Source: a virus. From it: a stretch of 64,000 nucleotides of DNA. The translations under genes and the position numbers were made by a program. The notes beneath the pieces were generated by a model, which worked only from the letters and a program-made list of their open reading frames with translations, was not told where the DNA came from and ran no database searches. Below are positions 24,431 to 32,667 of this stretch, one piece after another. Each line of letters begins with the position of its first letter. The first letter of the stretch is position 1. Location: IMG/VR virus record IMGVR_UViG_3300046062_000024; one strand, 5' to 3'.

Positions 24431-25866
24431 GAATCAAATACGCCGTTCTCGTGCTGTAATTTTGTCGTCTCCGAAAGGGAACGGCGCTCGATGCTGTGCC
24501 TGTCCATCCATCTCAGAATCGTGGAGCCACTAACTTCGCACTCCTCGGCGATTTCGCGCCCTGATTTCTCGTGGTCGTGATACTGCTCGCGGAGCCACTC
24601 CTCGTCCGTGTACGGGCCATCTTTTATGTGGGATTCCCCTCTGGGGCGTCGGGCGATGTCGTACGTATCCATCCAGTTGTGGACTGTGCCTTCACTGACT
24701 CCACACTCCTCGGCGATTTCGCGCGCTGACTTTTCGCACTCCTGATACTGCTCTCGGAGATACTCCTCGTCAGTGTGCGGGCCGTCGCCGCGCTGCGTTT
24801 CTGGCCCGGAGCGCCGGTCGATGTCGTGCTTGTCCGCCCAATGATAAATCGTGGCGGCGCTCACATCGCACTCCTCGGCCATATCGACCGCCGACCTCCC
24901 CCGCTCGTGGTACTGCTCGCGGAGCCACTCCTCGTTCATGTACGGCTCGTCCCCGCGGTTGGCCTCCGAGAGCGAGCGGCGCTCAATGCCATGTTTTTCC
25001 ATCCAGTAGTGGATTGTGTTCCCATCTACATCACACACCTCGGCGATTTCGTCCTTTGTTTTTTCCTGACCGTGGTACTGCTCGCGGAGCCATTCCTCGT
25101 TGCGCCACGGGCTGTGCAAGACCTCAACGTCTCGGTCTTGGATGTCCGAGTTTGCCTTGTTTAGCCCGGTGGTGGGGCCTTCATACCGCCTCCCCCCAAT
25201 CTCTACGGTTTTCCGCTCCGGGATGGACTCAGTTGGCTCGCTTTCCACGTCAGAAACGTACACCACCTTATCGCGGTAGTTTTGGGATGCTTCCGAGCGC
25301 GAGCGGCGTTCGATGTCATGCCGTTCCATCCACTTGCAGATTGTTTTATGACCAACTTCACACTCATCAGCCATTTCGAGAGTTGACTTTTCCTTCTCGT
25401 GGTACTGCTCGCGGAGCCACTCCTCGTCTTTGTGCGGGCCTTCAGCCATTTGCATCTCTGAGTACGACCGACGCTCGATGCCGTGGCGGTCCATCCAACT
25501 GTAAATTGTGCTTGTAACCACCTCACACTCGTCAGCGATTTCGAGAGCCGACTTTTTTTGCTCGTGGTACTGCTCGCGGAGCCACTCCTTGTTCGCAAAC
25601 GGACCGTCGCCAGTTTGCGATTCTGCCCCCGAACGGCGGTCGATGTCGTACTCGTCCATCCACCGGAGGATTGTTGTTTCACCAACTCCACACTTCTCGC
25701 CCATCTCAGACATGGTCATTTCCAGCCCGTGGTACCGGTTGTAGAGCCACTCGGGGTCCTGATACTTCTCGTCGTACTCCTCGCCGGCCTCGGCCTGCTC
25801 GTCGGCGCGGTCGTCGATGACCTCGACCGTTTCGCCCTCGCTCTTGTACGGTGTCTCCTCGCTCAT
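24427..25866 (-). CDS. Protein of seven tandem ~55-aa HTH-like repeats (479 aa)
   Basis: Repeat EEWLREQYHE..KS..EIA.EC.V...TI..WM..H.IERRS in a 3+4 arrangement. Confidence 0.85.
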   Translation of the reverse strand: MSEETPYKSEGETVEVIDDRADEQAEAGEEYDEKYQDPEWLYNRYHGLEMTMSEMGEKCGVGETTILRWMDEYDIDRRSGAESQTGDGPFANKEWLREQYHEQKKSALEIADECEVVTSTIYSWMDRHGIERRSYSEMQMAEGPHKDEEWLREQYHEKEKSTLEMADECEVGHKTICKWMERHDIERRSRSEASQNYRDKVVYVSDVESEPTESIPERKTVEIGGRRYEGPTTGLNKANSDIQDRDVEVLHSPWRNEEWLREQYHGQEKTKDEIAEVCDVDGNTIHYWMEKHGIERRSLSEANRGDEPYMNEEWLREQYHERGRSAVDMAEECDVSAATIYHWADKHDIDRRSGPETQRGDGPHTDEEYLREQYQECEKSAREIAEECGVSEGTVHNWMDTYDIARRPRGESHIKDGPYTDEEWLREQYHDHEKSGREIAEECEVSGSTILRWMDRHSIERRSLSETTKLQHENGVFDS

Positions 25867-28085
25867 GCTATCGCCTCGTCCGGGATGAAGGATACGTCTA
25901 CCTCGTCCAGTACGGAATCCTGGGACGCCATCTTATAAACCATCCATGCAGGGACCGTCTCCATCATCGAGGTCTTCTCGTGGTCCGGCATGTCCTGAAC
26001 CCACGCCGTGGCGTTGTCGTACCACTTCTCTAACTCCTCGTTCTCGTCCTTGATGAACGACGGGATGTCGTCGTCGGCGATGTCGTCCGCGACTTGATAC
26101 AGAATACCCGTCTCCTCGCCGTACTTGCGGGCGGCGTCCTCCTGTTCCGGTGGGACGCTCACGTAGGTCGCGGGCATCCAGGCGGCCATCCCGAACAGCC
26201 CCCCGGTTTTCATCCGGTTAATCTCGATGTATTTGTCGTACCCGCCGCCGAGCATGCCCCAGGTGAAGTTCTGCCCTTCGGCGAAAAACCCGTCCACGAG
26301 ATGTCGGGTGCCGTGGCCCATCGCTTGCACTACGTCGGGGTCGTCGGCGAGTTCGAGCGCGAGCGCCATCAACCCGTTCTCCGCCATGACGGTGAGGCCG
26401 GTCGTGACCTTGTGGCCCTTCCGGCCGAACGGGAGTTTCTCCAGGATTTTCCACAACGCCGGCGCCCCACGACGGGTCGCGTCGCCGTCGTACACGTCGT
26501 CGGCGACCAACGAGTTGTGCGTGACCACGCCGTCTGCGATGTAGTTGTGGTCTCCCTCGACACAAAGGTCGTAAGTGGGTTGCGGCTCGTCAACTGGCTC
26601 CACCGACTTCACCCTGGTAAATCCGACCGCATCGTAGTCGGGACCGCCGTCGGGGAACAGCACCGTCCGCTCCAACCGCATCGAGCGTGTCCTGTCGAAG
26701 CCCGACAGCCGTTCGCGGTACTCGGGAGATAGCGGGACCATCCCATCCATGACCTTGTGCGGTCCAATACTGAAGTGGTACAGCCGCGTCTCTGTGGTCG
26801 GGGCGCCGTCGATGTGGCCCGTATCGACCGTCCGGGACCAGATGTTCGTCGTTGTGAACCCGAGTTGGTCCAGCAGTTCCTTCAGGTCGCGCACAAGCGG
26901 GCCGTTTGCCATCCCGAGTTCTATCATCCCGTCTTTCTTCGCGGTCCCGTCCGCGTCAATGACGCCCGCGACGAACTGCCGTTGCGTCTCGGGGTCAGCT
27001 CCCCACACCCACTCGGGAACACGAATTTCTGTATGGTTCTCCGCCAATCCCAGGTCGCGGTACTTTCGCGCCAGCGACACGTCCGGCACCTGGAGCCTGT
27101 CGGGACGAACGTCGATGCTATTGTCCGTCTGCTCGGCCAACGCATCGTGGACCCACTCGCGGATGGGGTCAGTAGATGGAACGTGGACATCCACTCTATA
27201 GTCAGTGACGGACCCGTCGCCAACGATAATGCCCGCGAGGCGGGCGAAGGTACTGTCGTGGCTCTCTCCCGACACCGATGTCTGCTTGGCCGCAACAACC
27301 ACGTCGCCATCCGACAGGTCAGACGCCTCGACGTACTCGTACCCCACATCGGGCGTCTCGTACTTCATCTGCTTACTCCGGCAGAGGTCGGCGGGTGCGA
27401 CATCGACATCTGCCGCATCGAACACGGCTTCCACGTCCGATTCGGTGAGGTAGTTGGTCGATTCCCACTCTTTGTCGGCTTGGTAGAGCCAGTTTTGAAC
27501 GGTTCCGTCAGCGGCGTCTGTGTCTGCTCTTGCCGCGATGTCTGTGACCGTGGACGACAACATACGCATCACCTCCTCGGTCGGCGCGTACCTGACCTGC
27601 TGGTCCTTCCGGTAGACCAAGAACTCGTGGTCCGGGGTGCAGGTCACAGTACGGTTGCCCATCTCGACGCACACGACGTTCTGGACGCCGTTCTCGTGGA
27701 AGTGAGTAACCTTTCGGGGAGTGTAGGTGTGCTGGCCCTCGTCGTAGGCCAACACCTCGTCGCCCTCCTCGATTTCTACGATAGGGACACTCTCCCCGCT
27801 CGATTTACGAACGCGGGTGTCTCCGGTCACGCAGGCGTTGTGGATGAGTTCAACGATGGCTGCGTGGTCGAGGGCTCGGTCGTAGGGCACGTCGTACACG
27901 TCCGCAACCAGCATCGTCAGCACGGGGCGAACGCGCTTCCCGCCCTGTGTGGCGTGCGCGAGGATTTTCCGCTTCCCGGCGAAGCCCTCCTCGGTCTCGA
28001 TGATTTCGTCGAGCCGGTCGTCTATCCGCTGTTTGGCCTCCACGTAGTATTCCTCGAACGCATCGAACTCTGCTTGGGTGGGCAT
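25863..28085 (-). CDS. Trans-polyprenyl diphosphate synthase (GGPP synthase family) interrupted by an intein
   Basis: GGKRVRP, IHNA|SLVADDVYDGDATRRG, KTGGLF, YQVADDIAD; the spliced product would be 300 aa. Confidence 0.9.
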   Translation of the reverse strand: MPTQAEFDAFEEYYVEAKQRIDDRLDEIIETEEGFAGKRKILAHATQGGKRVRPVLTMLVADVYDVPYDRALDHAAIVELIHNACVTGDTRVRKSSGESVPIVEIEEGDEVLAYDEGQHTYTPRKVTHFHENGVQNVVCVEMGNRTVTCTPDHEFLVYRKDQQVRYAPTEEVMRMLSSTVTDIAARADTDAADGTVQNWLYQADKEWESTNYLTESDVEAVFDAADVDVAPADLCRSKQMKYETPDVGYEYVEASDLSDGDVVVAAKQTSVSGESHDSTFARLAGIIVGDGSVTDYRVDVHVPSTDPIREWVHDALAEQTDNSIDVRPDRLQVPDVSLARKYRDLGLAENHTEIRVPEWVWGADPETQRQFVAGVIDADGTAKKDGMIELGMANGPLVRDLKELLDQLGFTTTNIWSRTVDTGHIDGAPTTETRLYHFSIGPHKVMDGMVPLSPEYRERLSGFDRTRSMRLERTVLFPDGGPDYDAVGFTRVKSVEPVDEPQPTYDLCVEGDHNYIADGVVTHNSLVADDVYDGDATRRGAPALWKILEKLPFGRKGHKVTTGLTVMAENGLMALALELADDPDVVQAMGHGTRHLVDGFFAEGQNFTWGMLGGGYDKYIEINRMKTGGLFGMAAWMPATYVSVPPEQEDAARKYGEETGILYQVADDIADDDIPSFIKDENEELEKWYDNATAWVQDMPDHEKTSMMETVPAWMVYKMASQDSVLDEVDVSFIPDEAIA
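26514..27833 (-). mobile_element. Intein (440 aa) with LAGLIDADG endonuclease
   Basis: N-terminal CVTGDT, block B TPDHEF, LAGIIVGDG and VAGVIDADG, C-terminal HN followed by extein Ser. Confidence 0.92.
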
Positions 28086-28094
28086 GAGGCCGCC

Positions 28095-28274
28095 TTAGTC
28101 GTGGATTTCGTTGTTCGTCGGCTCGACGTACTCGTCACAGTGCTGGCACCGGACGCCGTTTCCGTCCTTGTCCATGTGCTTTCGGATGACGTTGCCGAAT
28201 ATCTCTGCCTGCCGCCCCCGAATCTTCACCCCGAGCCGGCTCTCGCACTCGGGGCAGTCACCCTCGATTCGCAT
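28095..28274 (-). CDS. Small zinc-ribbon protein (59 aa)
   Basis: CPECE...CQHCD. Confidence 0.7.
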   Translation of the reverse strand: MRIEGDCPECESRLGVKIRGRQAEIFGNVIRKHMDKDGNGVRCQHCDEYVEPTNNEIHD

Positions 28275-28278
28275 GTGG

Positions 28279-28755
28279 CTATGACTCAGCCTCCACACCG
28301 TCGGCCGCCTGCTGTTGTTGCCACACGAGCGTCTCCAGCATGATGTCCAGTACGTTACTGGTGACGAGCCACACGCGCTCTCGGGACTCGCCGTCCGCCG
28401 GGTGGATGCTCACACCCCCGTGCTGGTAGCGTGCTTTGTCCGGCGTCATCGGGTCGTCCACGTCGAGGATGCGGAGCCCGTAGTCCTGGTAGGTGACGAT
28501 GGCGCCGATGTACTCCCACTCCGGCGTGAGTTCGTCGAGGATGACGATGCGCGGTCCTTCGACGATGCCGAGCATCACCTGCTCGATGGACTCCTCCCCG
28601 CTCTCGTCCGTCAAGTGAACGGACATCGCCGTTCCGACTGGGGATTCGTCGTACCGCTCCCTGATGATACTCCAGTTAAACCCGGCGTTCACCCGAGGGA
28701 GCAGGTCTTTCATGGTCTGTCCAACGATACCGAGGGTGGTTGTGTTCTCCGTCAT
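28279..28755 (-). CDS. Hypothetical protein (158 aa)
   Basis: Start at MTENTTTLG within the track ORF. Confidence 0.7.
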   Translation of the reverse strand: MTENTTTLGIVGQTMKDLLPRVNAGFNWSIIRERYDESPVGTAMSVHLTDESGEESIEQVMLGIVEGPRIVILDELTPEWEYIGAIVTYQDYGLRILDVDDPMTPDKARYQHGGVSIHPADGESRERVWLVTSNVLDIMLETLVWQQQQAADGVEAES

Positions 28756-28865
28756 CAGTGGCCTCCAGTGTTCGGCATGGTCTTGCGCTTCCGCTTCCGG
28801 TAGGCGAGCAGGGCGACGACGACAGCCAGCACGACGACGCCCAGCACCGCGAGGGCTCGTTTCAC
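28755..28865 (-). CDS. Small single-pass membrane peptide (36 aa)
   Basis: MKRALAVLGVVVLAVVVALLAYRKRKRK; overlaps both neighbours. Confidence 0.55.
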   Translation of the reverse strand: MKRALAVLGVVVLAVVVALLAYRKRKRKTMPNTGGH

Positions 28866-29683
28866 GCCGCCACCTCCTCGCGCTGGAGGAACTCGCGGAC
28901 TGTTGTGCCCCACGCATCCCGCCGCGCCTCGAAGTCCGCCGTGTACGGAAGGACGGCCTCGATGTCCGTGCCGAAGTCCGGGGGGCCGTCGCTGTCGTAG
29001 CCGAACAGCGGGTAGTCATCGGCGGTCTCCCGTAGGACTTCGTGGATGCGTTCGGCTGTCGCGTCGCCGACGCCGTCGATGTCCGTGAAGTCGACGCCCG
29101 CGGTTGCGTGGTCGACGATGGCGTCGGCGTTGATTTCGGACATGTTCAGGACGCCGGAGTGCGGGACGTTAGCTTGCTTGAAGAACTCGTGGGTCTTGGT
29201 GGCGTCGCGGACGGCGCTCGGGTGTGGCGTCGAGACGACGTAGGCGTAGTCCAGCGGGACCTCGCTGGCGACGGTCTGGAGTTCCTCGCCAGAGCCCGGT
29301 GGGGAGTCGATGACGATGACCTCCGTGTCGTCGCTCCACTCGACGTTCTGGATGTAGTCAAGGACTGCCTCCGCGCGCCACTTCGCGCCGCGGAGGACTG
29401 GTACGTCGTCCGGCAGGACGAGTCCTTGTGAGACGAGTTGGACGCCCTCGACCTCCGGTGGGACGAGCGAGTCGCTGGATGCGAGTCGCTCGTCGGAGAT
29501 GTCGACCTCCTCGCCGCCGATGACCTGGAGGCTGTTCGGCGTCGAGATGTCGGCGTCGATGAAACCGACGCTGTCGACGTGTTCGGTTGCTTGCCGGGCG
29601 ATGTCGGACGCGACCGTCGTCTTGCCGACGCCGCCCTTTCCCGAGGCGACGGCGACGAGTTGTGGTACGTTTTCGAGTTTCAT
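28862..29683 (-). CDS. Mrp/NBP35-MinD/ParA-family P-loop ATPase lacking the Fe-S CxxC motif
   Basis: ASGKGGVGKTT, DADISTPN, IDSPPGSG, LNMS not followed by CPxC. Confidence 0.85.
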   Translation of the reverse strand: MKLENVPQLVAVASGKGGVGKTTVASDIARQATEHVDSVGFIDADISTPNSLQVIGGEEVDISDERLASSDSLVPPEVEGVQLVSQGLVLPDDVPVLRGAKWRAEAVLDYIQNVEWSDDTEVIVIDSPPGSGEELQTVASEVPLDYAYVVSTPHPSAVRDATKTHEFFKQANVPHSGVLNMSEINADAIVDHATAGVDFTDIDGVGDATAERIHEVLRETADDYPLFGYDSDGPPDFGTDIEAVLPYTADFEARRDAWGTTVREFLQREEVAA

Positions 29684-31485
29684 GCTTCAGCCTGCTGGTC
29701 GTCGTTGGTGTCTTCGAGACCGAGTTTCTCGCGGACCCGTCGGCCTTTCTCCTCGGCGGCGGGGTCCGGTTCCTGTTGGCCCATGCCCTGTGGCTCCGGT
29801 TCCGGTTGCGGCTCGGGCTCGGGCTCCGTGTCGGGTTCGGGGTAGCCGCGGTCCCGGTCAGGGTCCGGCGCCGGCCGCTGCGGCTGGCGTTCCTGCTGGG
29901 TGGACTCCGTGACGGTCGGCGGAACGTATCCGGGCTGGCCTTGCACGCCCTGTTGGGGTGGGTCCCAGAGTGCGTGGCCCTCGCCGGGCGTGGAGTGCTG
30001 GAGTTCCTTGAACGCGGGTACGAGGGCCTCCCGGACGGTCACGCCGACTTCTTTCGGTATCTTGCGGAGGTTGTCGTTGAGCATCTCCAGGTGTTTCTCC
30101 TGGGACTCCATCTTGCGGTCGGTTTTGAGGTACTCCGGGTCGTCGATGCCGTCGGCGCCGAGCCGTTTCGCGTCGCGGAGTTCCTCCGTGAACGACGACC
30201 GCATGTTCTCCAGTTGGCGTTCGAGGCGGTCGACTTCGTCCTCTTTGAGTTCCTCGTTGATGATGGCCTGTACGTCCTCGGCGGTGAGGTCCTCGTCGTC
30301 CTCGGCCTGCATCTCCCGCATCTGGTCGAGCGTCTGCGTGAAGTTCTGGGACATCTGCTGTTGGGCCTGCGCCTGTTTCTCGCCGAGGTGTTGGATGGCG
30401 TCGCCGATGGCGTCGGCCATGTCCTTTCCGCTGTCGTCGTTGATGACGCCCATGTTGTCCAGGAGTTGGACGGTATCTTCCAACGACCGCGAGTCGTCCT
30501 GTTGATAGTCGGACTCGTCCGGGATGAGGCCCGCGTTCTTGGCTTTCGCCAGTTTCTCGATGAAGTCCTCGTCGCCGCCGTCGTCACCGATGAGCCCTAG
30601 CTGGACGGCCTGCTCGAACGGCATCGTGACCGACGAGCCGTCCTCCCGTTCGACCGTCACCATCTGGCCGTCCGGTTCGTCGTCCACGGCGTCCTGGACG
30701 GCATCGGTCAGTTGCTCGACCTGTCTCTGAAGCGCGTCCACCCGCGGGTCGGTTCCCTGCCGGCCGCCCTGCTGGGGCGGCGGCCCCTGCTGTCCCCGGC
30801 GCTGGTGTTGTGGCGGGTTCGGTTGGCCGCCGTGTGCTGGCGGGAAGTCGCCGGGCTGTCCTTGGACGGGGACGCCGCCGCTCATGGATTCCGGCGCCGT
30901 CGGGTCCTGCTCGACGCTGGCGCCTTGTATCGCGCCCATGCCGCTCGGTGCGCCGCCGGCGGCCTGCTGCTGGGTCTGGTAGTTATCAATCCACGTCTCG
31001 TAGCGGCGTTGGATGTAGTCCACGTCCGTGCCGGTGACGCCGCTCTTGGTCCCGCGGAGGAACTGGTCGACGTACATGGGCGCGGGGAGTTGTTGTGCGT
31101 CCCGGATTTCGTCCACCATCATCTGGATGGCGCGGCTACGGATGCCCATTTCGTATTTCTCGTCCATCTCCTCGAAGAACGTCTCGAACTCGCTGATGGC
31201 TTCTTCGAGCGGGTCACGGAACAGCCCGGAACCTTCGACGAGGTTGGCTTCTATCTCCTCGGCGGCCTCCTCTACGTCCGCCCACCGCTCGGACAGCAGT
31301 GGTTGTGAGAAGTCGCGGCCCTCCGCCGCCCCGCTTTGCGATTCGCCTTGTGCTATCTCCATCAGCGCACTACGCATTTCATCTTTGTCCCACTCGGCTT
31401 TCTCACTCCGGTGGGTGATTACACGGTCTATCGCGTCGTAGTACGCCGGGTCTACCTCCGGCATGACCGGGCTTTTCAAGGCCAT
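29680..31485 (-). CDS. Large acidic protein with Gln/Pro/Gly low-complexity tracts and coiled-coil-like segments (601 aa)
   Basis: ORF track; ATGA coupling to the ATPase gene. Confidence 0.8.
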   Translation of the reverse strand: MALKSPVMPEVDPAYYDAIDRVITHRSEKAEWDKDEMRSALMEIAQGESQSGAAEGRDFSQPLLSERWADVEEAAEEIEANLVEGSGLFRDPLEEAISEFETFFEEMDEKYEMGIRSRAIQMMVDEIRDAQQLPAPMYVDQFLRGTKSGVTGTDVDYIQRRYETWIDNYQTQQQAAGGAPSGMGAIQGASVEQDPTAPESMSGGVPVQGQPGDFPPAHGGQPNPPQHQRRGQQGPPPQQGGRQGTDPRVDALQRQVEQLTDAVQDAVDDEPDGQMVTVEREDGSSVTMPFEQAVQLGLIGDDGGDEDFIEKLAKAKNAGLIPDESDYQQDDSRSLEDTVQLLDNMGVINDDSGKDMADAIGDAIQHLGEKQAQAQQQMSQNFTQTLDQMREMQAEDDEDLTAEDVQAIINEELKEDEVDRLERQLENMRSSFTEELRDAKRLGADGIDDPEYLKTDRKMESQEKHLEMLNDNLRKIPKEVGVTVREALVPAFKELQHSTPGEGHALWDPPQQGVQGQPGYVPPTVTESTQQERQPQRPAPDPDRDRGYPEPDTEPEPEPQPEPEPQGMGQQEPDPAAEEKGRRVREKLGLEDTNDDQQAEA

Positions 31486-31685
31486 GTTGATAAGTCTGGT
31501 CCATACACCGTAATAGCGCGCCGTACCTCAACGGTACAAATCGCCATACGGGGGCGACATTCAGGGGTATAATTCCCCGGCGGTGTAAATCAGTCAGGTG
31601 TAATATCGTGGGGGCCGCCGGCCGTCTCCCACCCCCGCATCGGACACGCAGTTAGACGGTTCATCGTAACTTGGTAGTGGCGCTA

Positions 31686-31946
31686 TCAGGGACCGTTGCC
31701 GCTGGATGATTGGATAGGGAGCGGCTGTTGGTCGCCTTGGAGGTCGGAGAGGGTGTGGAAGTATAGGTCCAGCGACGTGTGGGTCGCGCCCGCGGCGCGC
31801 TGGTAGGTCTCCGGGTCGACGCACATTCGGGCGTACTTCTTGAAGAACGTGTACGGCGGTGCGGGTAAGTGGTCGGAGAACGTGTCGCCGGACTTGACCA
31901 CGGTATGTGCGGAGTAGTCGAGCCCGCACGCGGGGCACCCGTTCAT
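31686..31946 (-). CDS. Small CPxCG protein (86 aa)
   Basis: MNGCPACG. Confidence 0.6.
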   Translation of the reverse strand: MNGCPACGLDYSAHTVVKSGDTFSDHLPAPPYTFFKKYARMCVDPETYQRAAGATHTSLDLYFHTLSDLQGDQQPLPIQSSSGNGP

Positions 31947-31947
31947 G

Positions 31948-32418
31948 TCACTGTTCCACCACCGGGCCGAGTGTGTCTGCGAACTCCGCGACCTCGTCCG
32001 CGAACTCCCCCGTCCAGTGGTTGTGGAACACCGACTTGACCGCGTCCGCGTAGTTGTCTCCGTACACTTCCCGCACATCGGCGAGTAGATGAGACATCGC
32101 TGCGCGGACCACCTTTTCCTGGACGCGGCGGTCGCCGGTGGCGGGTTCCGTGAGGAGCCGGCCGAGTCTGACCTCGGGGTATTGTTTGGTGTCCTGCGGG
32201 ACGAAGTATTGGGACCCGGTCGGGACATCGACTAGTTCGAGGACGTTTTCGTCGGGGTCGAGGTCGTAGTATTCTTGGTTCACGTCGTTGTCCCAGACCC
32301 GTTGCACGTCGGCGGCGTCGCGGCGGCTGACGCCTGTGACCTGCATCGGGCGGTGGCTCGTCATGTCCAGTACCACGTCGCCGGGGAGGAGCGCGTCTCG
32401 GTCGAGTAAGTTGGTCAT
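31948..32418 (-). CDS. Hypothetical protein (156 aa)
   Basis: ORF track; acidic. Confidence 0.75.
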   Translation of the reverse strand: MTNLLDRDALLPGDVVLDMTSHRPMQVTGVSRRDAADVQRVWDNDVNQEYYDLDPDENVLELVDVPTGSQYFVPQDTKQYPEVRLGRLLTEPATGDRRVQEKVVRAAMSHLLADVREVYGDNYADAVKSVFHNHWTGEFADEVAEFADTLGPVVEQ

Positions 32419-32667
32419 ATGTATTTTCCACGGCCTATCGGGATGGTACTCGGCCGCGTGGAATCAAGCTACCGCCCCACGGGGCGGTTTCGGCCGGGGA
32501 TTGATTGGGACAGTGACAGGCACCCGTATACTTAAGTCCCCAGGGGCAGATGGGTCTGGCTGTTCACAGCCGTCCCGCGGAAAAGGCTATCCCTCGCCTG
32601 TTCTGTGGGGCTGCTACCACATAAAGGTAGTGCCAACTATGCACGGCAGCCCACCCACGAAAATAAC

